Positions 1-5,527 are shown, counted from the stretch's first letter. The stretch is 8,399 nucleotides of DNA from Candidatus Jordarchaeales archaeon (GCA_038858525.1 JAWCFL010000003.1:77591-85989), one strand, 5' to 3'. The notes: a model not told the origin generated them from the sequence alone. Numbers and translations are program-made.

Positions 1-760
1 TTATTGTGCCGCTCGACTTTTCAGTTACAACTCCCTCAAAGAAGTTCATTTCTCCAACAAAGCCGGCCACGAAAAGAGTTTTGGGTTTAAGATAAATCTC
101 CTTTGGGGATCCAACCTGCTCAATTCTTCCCCTTCGCATAACAACTATTCTGTCGCTAACCATCATAGCCTCTTCAGTGTCATGTGTAACGTGAATAGCG
201 GTAACTCCTAAGTCCTTCACAAGCTTCCTGATTTCACGCCTCAACTCAACTCTTATTTTAGCATCCAGAGCCCCAAGCGGCTCATCTAGCAAAAGAAGGC
301 GAGTCTCCGTCGCTAATGCCCTAGATAAAGCTACACGCTGCTGCATCCCCCCACTAAGTTCCCTAGGGTAGGCATCCTCTCGTCCACTTAGATTAACAAG
401 ATTCAGCATTTCCCTTGCAACTTCGCTCATCCTGCGCTCATCCCAACCTCTAACCCAAGGACCATAAGTCACATTCTCCCAGACAGTCATGTGAGGAAAA
501 AGAGCGTAGTTTTGAAAGACAAAACCTATCCCCCTTTCCTCTGGAGGAGCCGCGCTAACGTCTACACCGTCTATCAAAACTTTTCCTTTATCAGGTTTAA
601 CTAAACCCGCAATTATACGTAGAGTGGTTGTCTTACCACAACCACTAGGACCAACTACAGTAATATACTCGCCATCTTCTATTCTCAAATTAACATTTTC
701 CGCTGCAATAATTCTGCCGAAACGCTTACTCACATTAACGAGCTCGACGGTAGGCAACAT
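1..760 (-). CDS. ABC transporter ATP-binding protein (PotA/CysA/MalK-like); 3' end runs off the left edge of the window
   Basis: Hand translation from ATG at 760 (GGTGA just upstream): MLPTVELVNVSKRFG..., Walker A GPSGCGKT, Q-loop GFVFQNYALFPHMTV, signature LSGGMQQRVALSRAL, Walker B LLLLDEPLGALD, H-loop IHVTHD. Not in the supplied ORF track because it has no stop in the window. Substrate cannot be assigned. Confidence 0.95.
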   Translation of the reverse strand, partial: MLPTVELVNVSKRFGRIIAAENVNLRIEDGEYITVVGPSGCGKTTTLRIIAGLVKPDKGKVLIDGVDVSAAPPEERGIGFVFQNYALFPHMTVWENVTYGPWVRGWDERRMSEVAREMLNLVNLSGREDAYPRELSGGMQQRVALSRALATETRLLLLDEPLGALDAKIRVELRREIRKLVKDLGVTAIHVTHDTEEAMMVSDRIVVMRRGRIEQVGSPKEIYLKPKTLFVAGFVGEMNFFEGVVTEKSSGTI

Positions 761-883
761 ATCACCTAAGCCGCATGAACACCAAAAGCCCCAAATAAGC
801 ATGGGGGGGAAGCATAAATAACTTTTCTCTACTCCACGATTAACTCCCCGAAGAATAATGAGAAACACCCACTACGACAGATA

Positions 884-900
884 CGAAAAAAATAAATAAA
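884..900 (+). promoter_or_regulatory. Putative BRE/TATA element of the tRNA-Tyr gene
   Basis: CGAAAAAAATAAATAAA lies 26-42 bp upstream of the mature tRNA 5' end (926), the spacing expected for an archaeal promoter with a short leader. Confidence 0.5.
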
Positions 901-945
901 GAGAAGGAGAATAAACCAACTGAGTCCCCCCGTAGCTCAGTTGGT

Positions 946-974
946 TTGGGGCTAAAAACAGAGCCCCACAATAC
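946..974 (+). other. tRNA intron 1, non-canonical position 20/21 (D loop), 29 nt
   Basis: BHB: central helix GUUG(940-943)/CAAU(969-972), bulges GU|U (944-946) and AC|A (973-975), intron stem UGGGGCU/AGCCCCA. The outer helix is the D stem, offset by unpaired A14. Cutting after the 2nd bulge base restores U20-A21 exactly. Confidence 0.9.
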
Positions 975-991
975 AGAGCGGTCGGCTGTAG

Positions 992-1037
992 AAGCGCGCT
1001 TGATAGCGTGGCAGGATCAGCCGCCGCTTGTACAGAC
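992..1037 (+). other. tRNA intron 2, canonical position 37/38, 46 nt
   Basis: BHB: outer helix GUCGG/CCGAC, central helix CUGU(986-989)/ACAG(1032-1035), bulges AG|A (990-992) and AC|A (1036-1038). The inner helix is imperfect next to the bulge (A993-U1031, then AAGCG/CGCUU in a shifted register). Confidence 0.93.
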
Positions 1038-1043
1038 ACCGAC

Positions 1044-1071
1044 ATGTTCCCGGGTCAACCGGATACGGGCA
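1044..1071 (+). other. tRNA intron 3, non-canonical position 43/44, 28 nt
   Basis: Relaxed BHB: central helix ACCG(1038-1041)/CGGG(1066-1069) with 3 WC pairs and a terminal A.G mismatch, bulges AC|A (1042-1044) and CA|U (1070-1072), 5-bp inner helix UGUUC(1045-1049)/GGAUA(1061-1065). The outer helix is weak and depends on context. Confidence 0.65.
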
Positions 1072-1072
1072 T

Positions 1073-1101
1073 TTTTAGGTTTAGGTCAACACCAAGCCTA
1101 C
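1073..1101 (+). other. tRNA intron 4, non-canonical position 44/45, 29 nt
   Basis: hBHBh': outer helix AC(1065-1066)/GU(1103-1104), central helix GGGC(1067-1070)/GCCU(1096-1099), bulges AU|U (1071-1073) and AC|G (1100-1102), inner helix UU(1074-1075)/AA(1094-1095). The 5' strand of the central helix lies inside intron 3. Confidence 0.68.
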
Positions 1102-1116
1102 GGTCCCCGGTTCGAG

Positions 1117-1136
1117 ATTGCTACTTTCAGCGAAAA
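1117..1136 (+). other. tRNA intron 5, non-canonical position 59/60 (T loop), 20 nt
   Basis: Complete hBHBh': outer helix is the T stem, central helix UUCG(1111-1114)/CGAA(1131-1134), bulges AG|A (1115-1117) and AA|U (1135-1137), inner helix UUG(1118-1120)/CAG(1128-1130). Confidence 0.92.
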
Positions 1137-1156
1137 TCCGGGCGGGGGGACACTCA

Positions 1157-1172
1157 TACTTTTTATGTGTTT
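1157..1172 (+). terminator. Possible oligo(T) terminator of the tRNA transcript
   Basis: T5 run at 1160-1164 in a T-rich tract starting about 10 nt after the discriminator base. Confidence 0.4.
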
Positions 1173-1265
1173 AACTTATGGGAGTCTTGTCGCTTAGCTC
1201 TATTGGCTGCTTGATCGATATTTTTAAAATGGGGACTAGCTTTTCCTTGGTTTCAGGTGTGTTCT

Positions 1266-2390
1266 ATGATGCCTTTGCAACTTCTTGGTGAACAAAATCC
1301 GACGCTTTTTCTCGCGATCACTGTGATGTACGCGTTGTTCTTTTTGGTTTTTGCTTTAGGTGGGACGAGAATCCAAGTTAGGGTTTGGCTTTTGCAGATT
1401 GGAGATTTCGTGCGGCAAATTGAGGAGTGGAGTGAGGAGGGAAGGAGGGTGGCAATTATGGCTGTTAGGGAGTTTGGAGTGGGGGATAGGGATGTTGCCA
1501 GGTTTGTTGAGGGTTTGCTTGACTTTGTTTTCATAGAGCCTGTTGAGAGGGATCCGTTGGGAGTTTTGAAGAGGTTGGATCACCTTTTGGATGTTAGGAT
1601 GAGGCGGTTTAGGGGATTAATAGAGGAGGTTGCTTCTCGAGCTGACAAGGAGAGCGTTGCTAACCTTGAGATGGTTTTAGAGGCTGCTTCTGCTTTGCGT
1701 CAGTTGTTTTTCATTTTAAGGCATTACTATCTCATGAGTAAGGAGAGCGGAAATATTGCTTTGGTTTCTCAGATACAAGTTATGCTTCCGTTTATAACTA
1801 AGATTGCTTCTGCTTATCGGGAAGCCTTAAACGCCTTTTATTATGGTAAGCCTATAGGTGATGGAGCTGGTGCTTTGGTTGCGTCTCTTTTAGCTCGGGA
1901 GCTTGGAGAGGGAGACTTTAGGGATTTCAACGGCGAACTTGTAAGGGCGGATGCACGGTATAAGGGGAGGGAAATTGTTATTTTGAGGGCTAAGGGGCCT
2001 GGAGGACGTGTTGGGAAGCCCGGTGACGGTGTTCTTCAAGTCCTCAAGGAGAAAAAAGGGAAGGTTAAGAGGGTGATCATGATTGATGCAGGGTTAAAGT
2101 TTGAAGGAGAGGAAACGGGGAAAGTTGTGGAGGGAGTTGGAGCAGCTATTGGTGGGCCGGGAGTCGATAAGTATAAGATCGAGGTAGGGGTCGTGGAGAG
2201 AGATGTGGCTGTTGATGCTGTGGTAATTAAAATGTCGCTCGAGGAGGCATTGACTCCAATGAAGAGGGAAATCGTGAAGGGAGTTAAGGAGGCAAAGGAG
2301 AAAATTAAAGGAATCATTGAGAGGTTTACGGATGAGGAGGATGCTGTCATCGTAGTTGGAGTTGGGAACTGTATTGGCATAGGGAACTAG
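1266..2390 (+). CDS. DUF1512-like protein: N-terminal membrane anchor, helical region, C-terminal alpha/beta peptidase-like domain
   Basis: 375-codon ORF with hydrophobic N-terminal segment; motifs FVFIEPVERDPLGVLKRLDHLL, PIGDGAGALVA, RAKGPGGRVGKPG, IMIDAGLKFEGE, VGAAIGGPG recalled from the archaeal DUF1512 family, which I recall next to map. ATG at 1266 preferred over GTG at 1257 because GGTG precedes it. Confidence 0.8.
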   Translation: MMPLQLLGEQNPTLFLAITVMYALFFLVFALGGTRIQVRVWLLQIGDFVRQIEEWSEEGRRVAIMAVREFGVGDRDVARFVEGLLDFVFIEPVERDPLGVLKRLDHLLDVRMRRFRGLIEEVASRADKESVANLEMVLEAASALRQLFFILRHYYLMSKESGNIALVSQIQVMLPFITKIASAYREALNAFYYGKPIGDGAGALVASLLARELGEGDFRDFNGELVRADARYKGREIVILRAKGPGGRVGKPGDGVLQVLKEKKGKVKRVIMIDAGLKFEGEETGKVVEGVGAAIGGPGVDKYKIEVGVVERDVAVDAVVIKMSLEEALTPMKREIVKGVKEAKEKIKGIIERFTDEEDAVIVVGVGNCIGIGN

Positions 2391-2405
2391 CGGGGGTGTA
2401 GGTAT

Positions 2406-2819
2406 TTGGAGAAGGAGGCTGGAAGAGGAGAAAGGATCATTCAACTGGTTTTAGTATTAGTTGCCATAATTGCTATTTTGGTTGGGTGCTACTTGATTTA
2501 TTATAGCTTGACTCAGTGGCTTGACTTTCAGAGGGGAGCATATCTCATGTATGGCTTTTTTATTCTGATTCTACTCTTTTACGTATTATTAGCCTTGCCT
2601 AGAAAGGGGAAGATTCAGCTTACAGCTAAAACAGTTAGCGTATTGCGCTGCAATCAGTGTGGTGCATCTATGGTTAGAGATTTTGCAAAAGGGGACTACA
2701 TTTTCAAAGAGGAGGGAAGATGTGGCAGATGCAATTCGGGAACATGGATTATAGAGGAAATTTTTGAGGTACCCCTTAGAAGGGGAAAGCCTAGAAGGCA
2801 AGGTAAGAGTCCTCGGTGA
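2406..2819 (+). CDS. Hypothetical membrane protein, 2 TM helices plus C-terminal Zn-ribbon (CNQC...CGRC)
   Basis: TTG start after GGGGGTG; two hydrophobic segments; two CxxC pairs flanking RDFAKGDYIFK; basic tail. Last 29 bp overlap the 3' end of map on the opposite strand. Confidence 0.8.
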   Translation: MEKEAGRGERIIQLVLVLVAIIAILVGCYLIYYSLTQWLDFQRGAYLMYGFFILILLFYVLLALPRKGKIQLTAKTVSVLRCNQCGASMVRDFAKGDYIFKEEGRCGRCNSGTWIIEEIFEVPLRRGKPRRQGKSPR

Positions 2820-3678
2820 TTATTATGGTTGTCTCGAACTGAGCGACCATTCCATGAGACTTCTCTACGAGGACGGGGTAGGATGCGAGTATTCCTTTTC
2901 TCGTTAAGTAACTTAGAAGTTTTTCGAGACGCAGCCTATCGATGCCTTTTATCCATCTCGTGGTGAAGGGTAACGAGTTATATTTTTTCAGCAGATCGGC
3001 TAGCTGTTTGGGGAGAAGACTTGGCTCTAAAACTCTGTAGATATATGCGTCTTTGGCAGCCACGACTACTCCAACTCCATCAGTGACAAATGGCTCTATA
3101 GCGTATACTTCTCCTGGCTTAACACGGCTTAGAAGAGTTCGCATGTTGACATTTGGTATGTTTTTCCCTGCGTGAAGCTGATATCTTTTGATTTGGTGAC
3201 CGGAGAGATTAATTATTGGTCTAAACCCGCTGGATTTTATGGTTGACTCTATTGTTTCTCCTATGAGAGATACACGCACCCCAGGCTTGACTGCTTCTAG
3301 AGCTTTTTTGAGCGCTCTTTCGGCGACGTGAACTAAGTCCTTCAGGTCTTGTGTTGTTGCTACTGAAACCGCCTTATCAACTATGTAGCCATCTACATGT
3401 GCCCCTGCGTCTATTTTAACGATGGCATGCTCTGGTATTAATGTGGCATCTTCAGGGGGAGACGTGTAGTGAGCGGCAATCTCGTTGATAGAAACATTGC
3501 ACGGGAACGCTAGTTGAGCGCCTTCATTCAGTATGCGTGACTCCACGGCTTCGCAAAGATCCAAGACGGGCAAACCAGGTTTAACCAGTTTTTCGCCTTC
3601 ACGGATAGCGCGCTCGAGAACAATGCCAGCTTCCCTGTAGGCGTCTATTTTCTCTCCAAGCTTATTCAAGCGATACAC
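2791..3678 (-). CDS. map: Methionine aminopeptidase type II
   Basis: FPCNVSINEIAAHYT, DAGAHVDGYIVD, GHQI, AIEPF and AQFETT carry the D, D, H, E, E metal ligands; the type II helical insertion is present between EPF and YPVL. Confidence 0.97.
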   Translation of the reverse strand: MYRLNKLGEKIDAYREAGIVLERAIREGEKLVKPGLPVLDLCEAVESRILNEGAQLAFPCNVSINEIAAHYTSPPEDATLIPEHAIVKIDAGAHVDGYIVDKAVSVATTQDLKDLVHVAERALKKALEAVKPGVRVSLIGETIESTIKSSGFRPIINLSGHQIKRYQLHAGKNIPNVNMRTLLSRVKPGEVYAIEPFVTDGVGVVVAAKDAYIYRVLEPSLLPKQLADLLKKYNSLPFTTRWIKGIDRLRLEKLLSYLTRKGILASYPVLVEKSHGMVAQFETTIIITEDSYLAF

Positions 3679-3838
3679 CCTCTAAACATTAAAATTTCAA
3701 CAATTTGAAAGAACCGAGAAAGTTGCTCCTTTATCTAATTTGATTTTGGCTGTCGGTGGACGTTGCAAAACGTCAAGATATTTTGGGAAAAGATTTATTT
3801 AAAGATCAGCTTGAAGAGATGAGAGGAGAGAGGGAATT

Positions 3839-4144
3839 ATGGAGAGCGAAGAAAAGGGACTTGGAAAATTTACCGAAACCTTGCTTGAATGGACTGGATG
3901 GGGTGGATTAGCAGCTGCGGCCATTACGGTTTTACTTGTCGCAACACTCGGTTCAGTACACCTAGATAATGAAGCCGCAGCCATCATCATAATGTCACTC
4001 TTTCTCGGCATAACAGCGTGGGGAACTGGCAAGTTGATTAAAGAGAGAGAGGAGGAGCGGAGAAAATACTTTAGAATCTGGATTGCATTAGTTTTTCTAG
4101 GAGCGGTTCTACTTATTCTTGCCATACTTTTTGTGCCAACATAA
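3839..4144 (+). CDS. Small hypothetical membrane protein (about 3 TM segments)
   Basis: 101 aa with three hydrophobic stretches and a charged loop KEREEERRK; GAGG/GGAG upstream of the ATG; fills the gap between map and endA. Confidence 0.7.
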   Translation: MESEEKGLGKFTETLLEWTGWGGLAAAAITVLLVATLGSVHLDNEAAAIIIMSLFLGITAWGTGKLIKEREEERRKYFRIWIALVFLGAVLLILAILFVPT

Positions 4145-4217
4145 TGAGGAAAAAGGCAACGTTTAATTCATCACAGAGAGCTACTCGTCTTCCAGAGGAA
4201 GTTTATGGGAAAATTAT

Positions 4218-4793
4218 TCATGGTTTAAACCATGAGAAAATGTAGTACTTGGGTTCTCCTGTGTGTTCGACCGTAGCTATCACAAATTTTTTTCTTACTG
4301 ATGTTGCAAGGCGGCCAGCTCTAACTATGTCTATAGGGCTCAGCTGAGTTCCTAGTGGAACGACGCTGACTATTAGGGGGGCATGGTCTATTCCGGGTCC
4401 ATGCTCATAGACCGAGAAGTCTGCGCCAAACTTTAACCCTGGCCTAACAACGTAGCCCTTTTCCCTTAAATCTTTGTAAACAATGTACTTTGTTTTGAAG
4501 TCTAGGTATGCCTTTTCTGCCCTTTCCTCAAGCTCTTTTTTTGTCACCAAGTGTCCATCGTTCATATCGTATATTTCAATGCGGCCCTTTTCAAGTAAGT
4601 ATAATGCCTCGATGAGTGAGAGTTCCAACGGTTTGTTGAACTGCGGGGTTTTCGGCTTCCGTATTCCTAGAGGCTGCCCGTAGAAGCCTTCACCGTAAAG
4701 TCTGGAGCCTTCTTCGGGATCCCACACTATTACCCTGTTGCCCTCTATGAGCTCAGCTGTCTTTTTTAGTGGAACATTACTATCGGTAGTCAT
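4218..4793 (-). CDS. endA: tRNA splicing endonuclease, catalytic subunit (crenarchaeal alpha-type)
   Basis: 191 aa; LELSLIEALYL, VYKDLREKGYVVRPGLKFGADFSVY, catalytic triad Y129/H137/K168 (VYEHGPGIDHAP ... VRKK), C-terminal FSW. AGGAGGT RBS at 4801-4807. Confidence 0.97.
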   Translation of the reverse strand: MTTDSNVPLKKTAELIEGNRVIVWDPEEGSRLYGEGFYGQPLGIRKPKTPQFNKPLELSLIEALYLLEKGRIEIYDMNDGHLVTKKELEERAEKAYLDFKTKYIVYKDLREKGYVVRPGLKFGADFSVYEHGPGIDHAPLIVSVVPLGTQLSPIDIVRAGRLATSVRKKFVIATVEHTGEPKYYIFSWFKP

Positions 4794-4813
4794 CTTAGTT
4801 TACCTCCTTTCAG

Positions 4814-5476
4814 CTATCCTAGTCTCATTATGGTGATTATTCTTAATGCCTCGGCCGCCTCTTGGGTCACATCTACGGCGTCTTCGATATGGGAGACAAG
4901 GTTGAGGAGGCGTATCAGCGTTCTATGATCCACGTTTAGGTCGAATAAAGATTGCTCTAGGGTTCTGTGTATTTGGTCGGCTAGCCTTTCTGCCGCATCT
5001 ACTTCTAGTATCGCGTTTAATGCACGTTCGGCGTCTTCAGAGAGTATGTTCACGGCTTCTCTTAGCTTTTCGACGGCGTGAACGAATGTGGACGTCATGT
5101 TGCGTATGTCCTCAGCTAGAACTCCCCTTGGCTTCCAGTTGCGTATTCCAGATAGACGGAAGCACATTCCCTCCGTGAAGTCAGCTATTTTGTCGACGAT
5201 TAAAGCAAAACGCATAAAGTCCTCCCTTTGAAGAAGCGTTGCCGCTAAGGAGAGCTCATCTATTATGCTACGCTTGATCTTGTCTGCCTCTTTGGCATAA
5301 CTCGATATTTTCTCAAGCCTCTCCTCAACTAGCTTCATATTACCTTGCATCCAGTCCTCCAGAGATAACTCAAACTCCTTAACCGCAAAAACGATGGTGC
5401 GAATGTATTCTTGCATAATATCAAAGAAAGCTCTTTCCTTATTGTCATCAAGGTTGATCATTTTTTCCCCCGCCAC
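4814..5476 (-). CDS. DUF47 / PhoU-like phosphate transport regulator family protein
   Basis: All-helical 220 aa protein with repeated EADKIKRSI...L and ERLADQIHR motifs, plus REDFMRFALIVDKIADFTE and SHIEDAVD. Start may be GTG 5476 or ATG 5461. Ends 20 bp before endA. Confidence 0.85.
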   Translation of the reverse strand: MAGEKMINLDDNKERAFFDIMQEYIRTIVFAVKEFELSLEDWMQGNMKLVEERLEKISSYAKEADKIKRSIIDELSLAATLLQREDFMRFALIVDKIADFTEGMCFRLSGIRNWKPRGVLAEDIRNMTSTFVHAVEKLREAVNILSEDAERALNAILEVDAAERLADQIHRTLEQSLFDLNVDHRTLIRLLNLVSHIEDAVDVTQEAAEALRIITIMRLG

Positions 5477-5509
5477 TCTGTTTTGTGTCTTCGCACAATA
5501 AACAGCAGC

Positions 5510-5527
5510 TTTTATACCTCTTTTAAA
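5510..5527 (-). promoter_or_regulatory. Putative BRE/TATA promoter for DUF47-endA
   Basis: Minus strand TTTAAAAGAGGTATAAAA; TATAAAA lies about 35 bp upstream of the GTG at 5476. Confidence 0.45.

Larger units (their letters stand above)
926..1150 (+). tRNA. trnY: tRNA-Tyr(GUA) with five predicted introns; CCA not encoded
   Basis: Exons 926-945, 975-991, 1038-1043, 1072, 1102-1116 and 1137-1150 (20+17+6+1+15+14 = 73 nt) join to CCCCCCGUAGCUCAGUUGGUAGAGCGGUCGGCUGUAGACCGACUGGUCCCCGGUUCGAGUCCGGGCGGGGGGA. Acceptor stem CCCCCCG/CGGGGGG, D stem GCUC/GAGC, anticodon stem GUCGG/CCGAC with loop CU-GUA-GA, variable loop UGGUC, T stem CCCGG/CCGGG with loop UUCGAGU. C1:G72 and A73 are the archaeal/eukaryotic Tyr identity elements. 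tRNA identity is very secure; the exact intron count in the variable region is less so. Confidence 0.95.

Noticed and set aside
624-821. Plus-strand 65-aa ORF and other shadow ORFs (1253-1534, 1356-1583, 2036-2380, 2094-2444, 2589-2801, 3799-4125, 4483-4683, 6741-6935, 7090-7311, 7135-7539, 7795-7992, 7993-8214)
   Set aside because: They are antisense or out-of-frame to well-supported genes, with biased composition typical of shadows and no motifs.
992-1037. Nested intron or H/ACA- or C/D-like guide RNA inside intron 2 (UUGA...AGGAUCA; ACA 3 nt from the end)
   Set aside because: No convincing inner BHB; the K-turn register lacks the closing pairs; the ACA is dictated by pairing with the anticodon loop (CUGU/ACAG).
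1045-1070. Alternative register for intron 3 at 44/45 (1045-1070)
   Set aside because: It gives a plausible relaxed BHB, but combined with intron 4 leaves a 7-nt variable loop, and no compatible second BHB restores 5 nt.
1044-1101. A single 57-nt variable-loop intron
   Set aside because: No register from 43/44 to 53/54 yields a 4-bp central helix between two 3-nt bulges, whereas the two-intron model does. It remains the fallback (four introns) if experiments disagree.
926-1150. Split or permuted tRNA
   Set aside because: All exons are collinear on one strand in natural order, so cis-splicing is sufficient.
946-1214. ORFs 946-1197 and 1008-1214 from the ORF track
   Set aside because: They lie over the tRNA-Tyr gene, have no RBS or recognisable motifs, and are best explained as chance open frames.
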